Origin: a virus
Taxonomy: Duplodnaviria; Heunggongvirae; Uroviricota; Caudoviricetes
Direction: 5' to 3' (one strand)
DNA length: 33,255 nucleotides
Virus record (IMG/VR): IMGVR_UViG_2737471834_000009
The translations under genes were made by a program, and so were the position numbers. The notes beneath the pieces were generated by a model. That model searched no databases. It was not told where the DNA came from and saw only the letters and a list, made by a program, of their open reading frames with translations. Positions 1 to 7,946 of this stretch are shown one piece after another (the first letter of the stretch is position 1; the number at the start of each line of letters is the position of its first letter).

Positions 1-1020
1 CTACTTACTGACCACAAGCGGCAAATCCAGTGTTGGTGTGATTTTGGTTTTACGATCGTAAATCAACACCTGATTTTCTGTTTTATGTCCACTGAAAATT
101 TGTTTGTCGCGGCTGCTGCCTTCGTAATCTGAAATCCCTTTGGCTTTTATGTCATGGAAGTTGCACCCAAACGGAGTGCCGGCTTTTTGCTCGGCTGCAC
201 GTTTAGCCTGATTCCACCAGTTGTTCAGCGTCTTAGCTATGACCTTCCCGCCTTTGGTTGTGTTGATCACATACTCGCATGTACTGGAAGATACATTTCT
301 GGCTAACTGGATCGCCGTGCGTAATCGCGGAGACCATTCTTTGATTTGCTTAGTGCCGGTCTTGTTTTGCTCAATGTAGATCCCCTTATCCATAATATCC
401 TGCCATTTCAGTTCGAGCACATCACCAAGCCTTGCCGCACAAAGATAGGATATCTCCATTGCAATGCGTAACTGTGGAGTTGCTTCCGCATATATCGCAG
501 CATACTGTTCATCGGTGATGTAAACAGTACGGGCCTTAAGCGTGAATTTTCTGACTCCTTTGCATGGATTATTTTTCACATATCCACGTTCATATCCCCA
601 TCCGTATACACGGCTCAGGCTTGCCAGTTCATGGTTTGCCTGGGTCTTGCTCTCAAGTCCTCGCTTATCCATGAAAATTCTTACCTGTTCTATTTTTACA
701 TTATCAGCAAGCACTTTTCCGAATACTGCCAGTAATGCCCTTTGATGTTGCCGATAATCTTTTTGAGTTCGTGGTGCCAATTCTGTAAATGCAGGGGAGT
801 CCATAAACATGTGCCATAATTTAGCGACAGTCATTATGTTGTGAAGTTTTGCTTTTTCCAGTTCATAATTTTGCCAGACTTTAGCCACGCTGGTTTCCCG
901 CACTTTTCCGAGCCCTATAGTTCTTGTGCTTCCTTCGGGTTTCCATACATAACTGTAACCATTCGATCTAACACGTGGCGGCAGTGCGTTATCTTTTTTG
1001 TTTTTTCTTGGTCTTCCCAT
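1..1020 (-). CDS. int: phage integrase, tyrosine recombinase family
   Basis: 339-aa ORF with basic N-terminal arm-binding-like region and C-terminal catalytic-like region ending ...HKTENQVLIYDRK; first gene of the prophage, followed by an overlapping small upstream gene. Confidence 0.85.
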   Translation of the reverse strand: MGRPRKNKKDNALPPRVRSNGYSYVWKPEGSTRTIGLGKVRETSVAKVWQNYELEKAKLHNIMTVAKLWHMFMDSPAFTELAPRTQKDYRQHQRALLAVFGKVLADNVKIEQVRIFMDKRGLESKTQANHELASLSRVYGWGYERGYVKNNPCKGVRKFTLKARTVYITDEQYAAIYAEATPQLRIAMEISYLCAARLGDVLELKWQDIMDKGIYIEQNKTGTKQIKEWSPRLRTAIQLARNVSSSTCEYVINTTKGGKVIAKTLNNWWNQAKRAAEQKAGTPFGCNFHDIKAKGISDYEGSSRDKQIFSGHKTENQVLIYDRKTKITPTLDLPLVVSK

Positions 1021-1240
1021 TGTTCAGCGCCTCAAAATCGGGTTCAGCAGAAACCAGTTCAGATACTTTCGACATCGCTTTCAGCCCGTGCGGAACATCC
1101 TGGCGAAGAACTATTGGTTCGTTTTTAGGTCCGACTACAAACGGGATGCCGTGCAGCCTTAGCTGGTGTTGCTGTCTTGTGTATCGCGTGTATCTTGTGA
1201 TCTCTTCAATCTCTGCTGGCGATAGAGTTAATTCGTACAT
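989..1240 (-). CDS. putative excisionase / small DNA-binding protein (assigned by position)
   Basis: Small ORF overlapping the integrase start by 32 nt; internal ATG start gives MYELTLSPAEIEEI...; no clear match to lambda Xis. Confidence 0.45.
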   Translation of the reverse strand: MYELTLSPAEIEEITRYTRYTRQQHQLRLHGIPFVVGPKNEPIVLRQDVPHGLKAMSKVSELVSAEPDFEALNNGKTKKKQKR

Positions 1241-1306
1241 GTGGTCACGTGCCTTACAGCATGACCGCCGCCAATATAATTCGGAGACGGCGATCATGGT
1301 TGAACA

Positions 1307-3748
1307 TTAAAAATCAACCGGATTCGGGATCAGTTTTTGCCAGATAGCTGAAACGTATTTTGCCTGGTAACGAGCGTCATCAAGTGCATTATGGCGCTCA
1401 CCTTCGAATGGAATAGCCGTTCTGGCATCGAAGTCTATGGCTTTCCCCAGCTCAACGATTGTGCGTACATCGCGATCGTTGTAGTAACGCCACGGGCAGG
1501 GGATCCCCTGCCGTTCGTATGAACGGCGCAAAATCGTGTTGTCGAAGTTGGCTCCATTTCCCCAGACCTGAACAAAAAATTCACCGGAGTTTTCGTCGAT
1601 AAATTCCCGCAATTGTAACAGTGCATCATCTAACGGGATTTCATCGGTCATAATGGCAGATTGCGCTTCGCGTGATTGCTTAAGCCACCATTTAATGGTG
1701 TCCCGATCAATGACTCCGCCAGCAGTTTCCAGATCGATAGTCTTACTAAATTCCGGTCCCATATCTCCGGTTTGCGGATCGAAAAATATTGCACCTATTG
1801 AGATGATCGGGGCATCAGGATTTTTTCCCATGGTTTCAAGGTCGATCATTAGATGGTCACACGTCCTGCTGGTGGATGTGATTTCGTGATGACCGTTCAC
1901 CTTAATTGAGTGATCTGCCGTCTCGCCAGTTTTATTATCGCTGGCGTGATGCTGATTGCCGCCAGGGTTCTCCTTGTGTGGATGTTCAGCGCCTTCCATT
2001 TCCTCCGGATCATTTTCCTGAACTTCAACCTGATTCTCTTCATCGAATGTTTCCTGGTATGTTGCGTCGCCCATCACCGCGCCACAATCAGGGCAGTTGC
2101 CGCCACCGCTCTGACCGCAGGCGGTGCAGACTTTTTCCGGTTCCTGTTGCGCTACTGGTTCGGATTGTTTCGTTTCTGGCTCGTTTTGTAACGCATTTGG
2201 GCTGTTTTGTTCCGCTTTTTGGTCGTTCCGTTCCGATTCATGCTGGTTCTGGTTCACAGAATCGCGAGTCTGGATCCCCTTGACCCATTTCGGATCATTA
2301 GGGTCGCTAATCCCCTCAACAAATTCACCACGCGATACAGCAAGTAACTTATCGGCGTCAGGCTGGCTGATATTGGCTGCCTGCATAATTTTGTTTACTT
2401 CGTCAGCGGTGACTTTTACTTGGTTAGCGGAACTCACCTGCGACTGAGCATCCAGCGACTGCGCGTTCTGGCCATGTTCAGTTGTATCCGGTTCCATTGT
2501 TTCAGTTGTTGCCTGTTCACCTGCCATTGCGTCAGATGGTTGTGGTTTTTCTTCTTCTGTTTCACGCTCAGTAACCACCTCGCGGTTAATTTCTTCCAGG
2601 ATATCTTTTTCCGGCGTATGCCGGGCAGCTGTGAGAGTTTCCTTGCTGGGGTTCTCGTGATCAGTTTCCGTCAAATAGGCGTTGATATACCCCTGAAGGC
2701 GTCCCGGGTAGTGATAAAATTCAGGGTGTGCGCTTCGGATAAGTGCAAAAATAGCGGCGCGGGAATAGTCCAGAATACCCGGGGTTGCACGAAGTGCTGC
2801 GGACCATTCTTTGAACGGACTTTCTTTGTTCAGGACTACTTCTTTTGCGCGACGATAAACGCTGCCCGGAATTTCATAAATATTAAAATCCATCGGAAGT
2901 GTGGCTGCTGCAATCTCCACATCCAGTGTGTCGAGGGTGTGTACTAAATTCGGATTGCGATCGGTTTTGTTCCCACCGCCAGCATTAGCACCGGAAGCCG
3001 TGCGGGTGATGCGTGAAACACGATTTCCTTTCATCCACTCTTTTGTCAGCAGGCCGCGATCGGTGTAGTCAGCGTCCAGGTATGCTTCGAAAAAAGCAGT
3101 CATTAATCCCAGACTGGAATTAACGGGATTAGGGAAAACTTTGTCAGTGTCGCGAACCAGTTTGTGGAGGTCGCGAAGTTCCAGTGGGTCGAGCAGGCTG
3201 GTTTTGTGCGAAATAGCCAGGGCAGTAACTGCCGGTAGCTCTTCAGCCCGAGCGATATGTAATGCCTGAAGTTCATCTCTTGAAACGTGTGTTACTGGTT
3301 TTTCGCTGCCGTGTTGAGCAAGCCAACGGATAGCCACCTCCTGACCGGAAACTGGCAGGAGCATGCTCTCCTCAATCTCCGTCATGTCTTCGCCGTTAAC
3401 ATTGGTATTTTCGGTGCTGGCTGGTTTGTTCTGCACAGAGGGAGATGGCGCGGTGAATACCATTGTGATGCCATCTTCACCGCCTTTTTCATAGCGGTTA
3501 CAGAATTCGGTATCAAACACGCCTTCTGGTGGAAGGTCATTCACAACAGGCAAATGGACGCGAACAGGTTTTTTAAAGTCCTCTTCGTCGTAACCAGCAT
3601 CATCCATTGCGACATTACCGCGGGAAACTGCAACAGATAATTTTTTTGCTGTAGTCCAGTAAAAACCGCCTTTAATACCGAGACGTTTTCTGACTTTGTC
3701 ATTTTTGGCTTCGTAATGGAGTGCAATGTCTTGTTTGTCAGTGCTCAT
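1307..3748 (-). CDS. large exonuclease-like protein with C-terminal DnaQ-like (DEDDh) 3'-5' exonuclease domain
   Basis: C-terminus has motifs DLETMG, WGNGANFD and HNALDDARY typical of DEDD exonucleases; central CxxC...CxxC (CTACGQSGGGNCPDCG); long acidic Q/E-rich linker; RBS GAGG before ATG at 3748. Confidence 0.7.
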   Translation of the reverse strand: MSTDKQDIALHYEAKNDKVRKRLGIKGGFYWTTAKKLSVAVSRGNVAMDDAGYDEEDFKKPVRVHLPVVNDLPPEGVFDTEFCNRYEKGGEDGITMVFTAPSPSVQNKPASTENTNVNGEDMTEIEESMLLPVSGQEVAIRWLAQHGSEKPVTHVSRDELQALHIARAEELPAVTALAISHKTSLLDPLELRDLHKLVRDTDKVFPNPVNSSLGLMTAFFEAYLDADYTDRGLLTKEWMKGNRVSRITRTASGANAGGGNKTDRNPNLVHTLDTLDVEIAAATLPMDFNIYEIPGSVYRRAKEVVLNKESPFKEWSAALRATPGILDYSRAAIFALIRSAHPEFYHYPGRLQGYINAYLTETDHENPSKETLTAARHTPEKDILEEINREVVTERETEEEKPQPSDAMAGEQATTETMEPDTTEHGQNAQSLDAQSQVSSANQVKVTADEVNKIMQAANISQPDADKLLAVSRGEFVEGISDPNDPKWVKGIQTRDSVNQNQHESERNDQKAEQNSPNALQNEPETKQSEPVAQQEPEKVCTACGQSGGGNCPDCGAVMGDATYQETFDEENQVEVQENDPEEMEGAEHPHKENPGGNQHHASDNKTGETADHSIKVNGHHEITSTSRTCDHLMIDLETMGKNPDAPIISIGAIFFDPQTGDMGPEFSKTIDLETAGGVIDRDTIKWWLKQSREAQSAIMTDEIPLDDALLQLREFIDENSGEFFVQVWGNGANFDNTILRRSYERQGIPCPWRYYNDRDVRTIVELGKAIDFDARTAIPFEGERHNALDDARYQAKYVSAIWQKLIPNPVDF

Positions 3749-3877
3749 TGTTTTTAACCTCAACTAAGATTAAAATTCCTCCGGAATGATGAATAAATGT
3801 CCCAGGTTCATCATTCTGGCCTGCACTGAGTGCAGGCCTTTTTACCATTCAGATTTCATCTTTTAGTTCTGTCCCAA

Positions 3878-4123
3878 TCAGTGAGGCCAGATACATGTCT
3901 TTTTTTCTGCAGGCAGATTCTTAATGATATGCACCAGACACATTTTTTTAACACCATCGTTAAGTGTTTTAACATTTCCTGAGAAACCGTAGATATCAAC
4001 CACAGTGAATGGGGTTTCTTTATTTTCTGTCTTAATTACGTAGCCAATACGCTTTTCTTCAAGATTAACCTCGTGAACAATATTATCAGCAGTAACAGTA
4101 GTGACTTCATAACTGGTAATCAT
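3878..4123 (-). CDS. hypothetical small protein, distal gene of the dicB operon
   Basis: 81-aa ORF from internal ATG preceded by AAGGAGA; position downstream of ydfD. Confidence 0.45.
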   Translation of the reverse strand: MITSYEVTTVTADNIVHEVNLEEKRIGYVIKTENKETPFTVVDIYGFSGNVKTLNDGVKKMCLVHIIKNLPAEKKTCIWPH

Positions 4124-4207
4124 ATTTTTCTCCTTAATTAAGGTTGAGTGAATCCCTGCCATTGCTGGCATATAAGAATGAAACCGGATATTTATTACGG
4201 AACTGTT

Positions 4208-4399
4208 TTAAAGACCTGCCGGGATTTCGATATTATCCTGGTGAATAACTTTATCGACCGGGTAACAGTTACCGGGAATTTTCTGTTCGGTTGCTGCAGT
4301 CATACACTCCTGCATTGTCCTGTGAACACTGACTGCAATATCAACTGGCTCTCCGGAAACAAGAAAAACTGTCAGAACAAGCGCAAATGCTGAATTCAT
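4208..4399 (-). CDS. ydfD: YdfD-like small membrane protein
   Basis: 63-aa product MNSAFALVLTVFLVSGEP... with hydrophobic N-terminus; start overlaps dicB stop (ATGA); same position and size as Qin prophage ydfD. Confidence 0.65.
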   Translation of the reverse strand: MNSAFALVLTVFLVSGEPVDIAVSVHRTMQECMTAATEQKIPGNCYPVDKVIHQDNIEIPAGL

Positions 4400-4584
4400 T
4401 GTGCACATCCTTTTGGCATCAGACGTAAACGAGCCAGCATTGAAACAATGCATATTTTATTTAATAGCTCCCGTTCTTGTTTTCTCTTGTTAATGGCATC
4501 TTCAGTAAATACAGGGTTACTGATAGTGACACCAATTTCAAAACAACCTTCAGACGTATTAACGTTTGGTAATAACGTTTTCAT
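4396..4584 (-). CDS. dicB: cell division inhibitor DicB
   Basis: 62-aa product MKTLLPNVNTSEGCFEIGVTISNPVFTEDAINKRKQERELLNKICIVSMLARLRLMPKGCAQ matches my memory of E. coli DicB; lies immediately downstream of the DicF sRNA. Confidence 0.85.
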   Translation of the reverse strand: MKTLLPNVNTSEGCFEIGVTISNPVFTEDAINKRKQERELLNKICIVSMLARLRLMPKGCAQ

Positions 4585-4753
4585 TATCGCGTCCTCAACA
4601 ATGAATTTTGTGATGCAGTGCCTGGTGCCTCCAGGTGACGTTAACCAGTTAACAATTAACGCCGGATACAGAGAATCCACCCATAACACTGTTTTTGGTT
4701 TTAACTGTTCCGCGTGCGCTTAGCCGCATTCACCGCATCACAAAATTCACTTT

Positions 4754-4811
4754 AAAAAGGGCGGCAGAGCAGTCACGGAGTAAAACTGATACCGCCAAAC
4801 GTCACCAGAAA
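4754..4811 (-). ncRNA. dicF: DicF small RNA (ftsZ-targeting sRNA) with intrinsic terminator
   Basis: Minus-strand sequence TTTCTGGTGACGTTTGGCGGTATCAGTTTTACTCCGTGACTGCTCTGCCGCCC followed by a T-run; GGCGG...CCGCC terminator hairpin; located between ydfC and dicB as in the Qin prophage. Confidence 0.8.
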
Positions 4812-5152
4812 ATTGATAACAGAGGGCGTTGCAGCGGGGTTGTCACTTAAGCGTATGGTCAACCTGACAACCCGGTGTCCTCAACGGGGGAAGGAATAAC
4901 CCCGCCATACTTACCGCCGCGCCATTTCGCGGATTGCCACAACCGGAAGCGCACGGTCGACGAAAATTTAACGACAGGCTATCTATGAACCAGCTACCTC
5001 GCCGTGCGCTTTCGCGTTATGGTCTGACTTTTCAGGGAAATATCCTTTCAGTAAACTGTCAGTGCCGGATGCTCACCCGTGTCCGGCGCACGCACTCCAC
5101 CTCACCCGTGGAGAACTCCTTAATTACCAACCTTAGCTTCGTTGGTTAGCTA

Positions 5153-5371
5153 TTAACGCGGGTATGTAATCATTCTGGCAATGGTTAATGCCGCTGCTTT
5201 TTCCAGCCTGGTGATATCCTGCTCCAGAGAGGACAGATTTTCAGCCTGCTTAGCCCTGGCTTCATTAGCCCATTTCAGATCCTGCGCTGCATTAATTTTC
5301 TGGTGCATCCACTCATAAAGTTCATCATCGGTATAGTCTGGCGCGATGATGACGGGTTCTCGTTTCTGCAT
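5153..5371 (-). CDS. ydfC: YdfC-like hypothetical protein
   Basis: 72-aa ORF in the expected position and size between ydfB and DicF. Confidence 0.6.
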   Translation of the reverse strand: MQKREPVIIAPDYTDDELYEWMHQKINAAQDLKWANEARAKQAENLSSLEQDITRLEKAAALTIARMITYPR

Positions 5372-5400
5372 ACTGATTCCTCGCGGTGCTGTTTCGCTTA

Positions 5401-5529
5401 TCAGCCGTTAGATTTTGCCGAACTGGAAAGCGCCTGTTTAAATTCGCTGAAGCTGTGAGCTCCTTCGCCTTCGGCAAGGCCTTCGAAGTATTCTTCGTAA
5501 GCCTTTTCCATGATTGTGTCAAAATCCAT
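5401..5529 (-). CDS. ydfB: YdfB-like small protein
   Basis: 42-aa ORF MDFDTIMEKAYEEYFEGLAEGEGAHSFSEFKQALSSSAKSNG translated by hand from the minus strand; below the size cut-off of the ORF track. Confidence 0.65.
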   Translation of the reverse strand: MDFDTIMEKAYEEYFEGLAEGEGAHSFSEFKQALSSSAKSNG

Positions 5530-5530
5530 A

Positions 5531-5686
5531 TCACTCACCTGAGTTTCTTTCCAGCCAGCGACGGGCACCATTTTCGGTTTTAAACGTTTTGCTTTTGGTA
5601 TACGTCATTGCGGTGAAGGTGCCGTCCTGGTTTGGAAACACGCCGTACACCAGAGATTCGTTGTTGCCAAGATCGATAGTATCCAT
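5531..5686 (-). CDS. ydfA: YdfA-like small protein (first gene of the dicB operon)
   Basis: 51-aa product from internal Met MDTIDLGNNESLVYGVFPNQDG...; a start at 5767 is also possible. Confidence 0.6.
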   Translation of the reverse strand: MDTIDLGNNESLVYGVFPNQDGTFTAMTYTKSKTFKTENGARRWLERNSGE

Positions 5687-5865
5687 GCTGACCTCATTTC
5701 CCCTTAACGCCGGGGTAGCGGAACAAAAACCTGCTGCATAGTTATTAAAGTTGAACCCTGCCGTCATGTTCTTACGCCTCGGGCTGGCTACTTAACCCCT
5801 GACCACTGCCGGGTAACTCGAAGTATTGCCTGGCGTTCTGTGGGGCGGGGTGGGTTTATGGATAC

Positions 5866-5895
5866 AATTTACAAATTAAAATTTAACTGGTCAAC
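5866..5895 (-). promoter_or_regulatory. putative pL-like promoter of the dicB operon, overlapped by operator half-sites
   Basis: Minus-strand -35 TTGACC (5894-5889), 17-bp spacer, -10 TAAATT (5871-5866); half-site TTTACAAAT overlaps the -10. Confidence 0.4.
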
Positions 5896-5927
5896 ATGTT
5901 TATTATTAAATTTGTAATTGCGAGCTG

Positions 5928-5962
5928 TTGCATCAGTCCCAAAATGGGACTACTATACAGTT
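5928..5962 (+). promoter_or_regulatory. putative promoter with palindromic operator for the HigB/HigA-like pair
   Basis: -35 TTGCAT (5928-5933), -10 TACTAT (5951-5956), with palindrome GTCCCA-AAA-TGGGAC (5936-5950) in the spacer; predicted start site at or next to the ATG at 5963. Confidence 0.4.
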
Positions 5963-6265
5963 ATGAAGATTATCTCAGTTAAAACACTCAGGGATTTTTG
6001 GGCGGAGAATCCTGATGCAGAACAACCGCTAAGGGCATGGGTGGATGAGGCGGCAAAAGCTGACTGGAAAAGCCCAGCAGACATTAAGGCACAATACCGA
6101 ACGGCCAGTATATTGAAAAACCGGCGCGTGGTATTCAACATAAAAGGTAATCATTACCGTTTAATTGTTGCAATTGCGTATCAGCGAGGATGGGTATTTG
6201 TTAAATTCATCGGAAACCACAAGGAATACGATGCTATTGATGCTGATACCATCGAACTGGAGTAA
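5963..6265 (+). CDS. HigB-like toxin (RelE/ParE superfamily mRNA interferase)
   Basis: 100-aa product MKIISVKTLRDFWAENPDAEQ...VFNIKGNHYRLIVAIAYQ...FIGNHKEYD resembles HigB family proteins from memory; toxin gene precedes the antitoxin as in higBA. Confidence 0.75.
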   Translation: MKIISVKTLRDFWAENPDAEQPLRAWVDEAAKADWKSPADIKAQYRTASILKNRRVVFNIKGNHYRLIVAIAYQRGWVFVKFIGNHKEYDAIDADTIELE

Positions 6266-6267
6266 GC

Positions 6268-6627
6268 ATGAACATCAAACCTATTCGTACAGAGCAAGAT
6301 TATGAAGCCGCGTTGCGTGCTGTTGAACCCATGTTCGACAATGAGCCCGAAATTGACACGCCTGAGGGGGATTTTTTTGAGGTGATGTGTTTGCTAATAG
6401 AGGAATATGAAAAAAAACATTATCCCATTGAGCCACCATCCCCAATTGAAGCTATAAGATTTCGCATGGAACAGCAGGGGCTGACTGTGAAAGATTTGGA
6501 ACCCGCAATTGGGAAAAAAAATCGGGTTTATGAGGTGTTGAATGGTACCAGAAGCCTTACGTTACCAATGATTCGCCGTCTTCATAATCAATTTGGTATC
6601 CCCCTGGAAAGCCTGGTTGGATTATAA
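6268..6627 (+). CDS. HigA-like antitoxin, HTH XRE family
   Basis: 119-aa product with C-terminal helix-turn-helix (LTVKDLEPAIGKKNRVYEVLNGTRSLTLPMIRRLHNQFGIP); starts 3 nt after the toxin stop. Confidence 0.75.
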   Translation: MNIKPIRTEQDYEAALRAVEPMFDNEPEIDTPEGDFFEVMCLLIEEYEKKHYPIEPPSPIEAIRFRMEQQGLTVKDLEPAIGKKNRVYEVLNGTRSLTLPMIRRLHNQFGIPLESLVGL

Positions 6628-6673
6628 AATCTGCTAGTCATTTGCCTGATGCTCGTTCCAGAAAAGGAATGCA

Positions 6674-7072
6674 TCAGGCAGTTTTGTTTTTCTGCCGCAG
6701 TAACTCTTCAAGTTTCCGTTTATAGAAATCGCGTTTTTGCTCCATATCACGAATGATCTGCTCTGCGTCGCTTTGAGGTAACTCATCTAAAAGCGATATG
6801 ATTTTTCGTTGTTGTTCTGTAAGTTGCGGTTGGTTGTCATTACTGGATACAGCCATTTTATCGCCGAGAGTTTCTTCTTCCATAAAGAACCAATGGACGG
6901 GATGTTGTGAGAGCTCTGCTAATTTTTCCAGTTTATCCATTCTTGGCATCACGCCTTTCAACCAACCTTGCACGGATTGGGGTTTTACACCAAGACGTCT
7001 TCCCAGCTCTGACTGGTTTATATTCAATTCCTGCAACACCTGCTGAAGGCGTTTTACAAAGATCATCACCAC
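6674..7072 (-). CDS. DicA-like prophage repressor (HTH XRE family, CI-like position)
   Basis: N-terminal HTH (LNINQSELGRRLGVKPQSVQGWLKG); acidic/basic C-terminal tail resembling DicA; divergent from a cro-like gene across an operator-containing intergenic region. Confidence 0.75.
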   Translation of the reverse strand: MVMIFVKRLQQVLQELNINQSELGRRLGVKPQSVQGWLKGVMPRMDKLEKLAELSQHPVHWFFMEEETLGDKMAVSSNDNQPQLTEQQRKIISLLDELPQSDAEQIIRDMEQKRDFYKRKLEELLRQKNKTA

Positions 7073-7120
7073 CCCTCGTAAACTAGTTCCGCGATCCTAC
7101 AGAAAAAATTGATAAGTGGC

Positions 7121-7162
7121 ATTACAAATAGAAGTTGAAATTTAAATTTAAATTTGTAATTA
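7121..7162. promoter_or_regulatory. putative OR-like operator/promoter region between repressor and cro-like gene
   Basis: Inverted half-sites TTACAAAT (7122-7129) and ATTTGTAA (7153-7160); the same half-sites recur at 5868-5918; candidate -35 TTGAAA at 7134-7139. Confidence 0.45.
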
Positions 7163-7192
7163 TCGGTGTCATCGTAAAGTTCGGAGGGAAAC

Positions 7193-7453
7193 ATGCAAAA
7201 AAGTACTCAAGTGAAAATCCTGTCAATAATGAGCCAATCAGAATTAGGGCGTCGTCTTGGTAAAACACCGCAAACCATAAGTGGGTGGTTTAAAAAACGA
7301 GTGCCAGCGGAGGAGGTTATACCAGCATGTGAGGCGCTTGACTGGGGAGTAACTCCGCATGAATTGCGCCCTGATAAATACCCTAATCCAACCGATGGTT
7401 TACCTGTTGAGTATCAGGCTAACGCACAAGCAGCGGCGGGAGTTGATTCATGA
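7193..7453 (+). CDS. Cro/YdaS-like transcriptional regulator
   Basis: 86-aa HTH protein (SQSELGRRLGKTPQTISGWF) divergent from the repressor; RBS GGAGGG upstream. Confidence 0.7.
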   Translation: MQKSTQVKILSIMSQSELGRRLGKTPQTISGWFKKRVPAEEVIPACEALDWGVTPHELRPDKYPNPTDGLPVEYQANAQAAAGVDS

Positions 7454-7875
7454 AAATCAAGCATGAACACATCCGCATGGCGATGAATGCCTGGGCGCAT
7501 CCAGACGGCGAGAAAGTACCGGCTGCGAAAATTACCAAAGCGTATTTCGAACTGGGTATGACGTTCCCGGAACTGTACGACGACAGCCATCCGGAAGCCC
7601 TGGGCCGTAACACCCAGAAAATTTTCCGCTGGGTGGAGAAAGACACCCCTGATGCGGTTAAAAAAATTCAGGCGTTGTTACCAGCTATCGAAAAAGCAAT
7701 GCCACCTCTGCTGGTGGCCCGAATGCGCAGTCATAGCTCAGCCTATTTTCGGGAACTAGTGGAGACGCGGGAACGACTGGTGAGAGACGCTGATGATTTT
7801 GTCGCAGTGGCGATCGCTGGTTTCAACCAGATGAATCGTGGTGGCCCTGCAGGAAATATTGTGGCTGTGCATTGA
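7450..7875 (+). CDS. YdaT-like protein (CII-position regulator/toxin-like family)
   Basis: 141-aa product beginning MKIKHEHI and ending VH, as in Rac prophage YdaT; start overlaps the upstream stop. Confidence 0.7.
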   Translation: MKIKHEHIRMAMNAWAHPDGEKVPAAKITKAYFELGMTFPELYDDSHPEALGRNTQKIFRWVEKDTPDAVKKIQALLPAIEKAMPPLLVARMRSHSSAYFRELVETRERLVRDADDFVAVAIAGFNQMNRGGPAGNIVAVH

Positions 7876-7946
7876 CTCGCAATATTCATACCGGATCACT
7901 TCCGGCAATTTGTGAGTAAAAAGATTCGGTATCAAAAGAGGTGAGT

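Noticed and set aside
1653-3640. Plus-strand ORFs (1906-2283, 2420-2947, 3287-3640) opposite the exonuclease gene
   Set aside because: Overlap a continuous 818-codon minus-strand frame; cysteine- and phenylalanine-rich nonsense translations.
3764-3877. A RecT/Bet-like annealase partner for the exonuclease
   Set aside because: No suitable ORF exists on either side of the exonuclease gene.
4934-5149. Plus-strand ORF between DicF and ydfC
   Set aside because: Lies in the known structured ydfC-DicF precursor region of a minus-strand operon; no RBS and an arginine/serine-rich translation.
5687-5917. An N-like antiterminator at the head of the leftward operon
   Set aside because: No arginine-rich small ORF was recognisable; cannot be confirmed from sequence alone.
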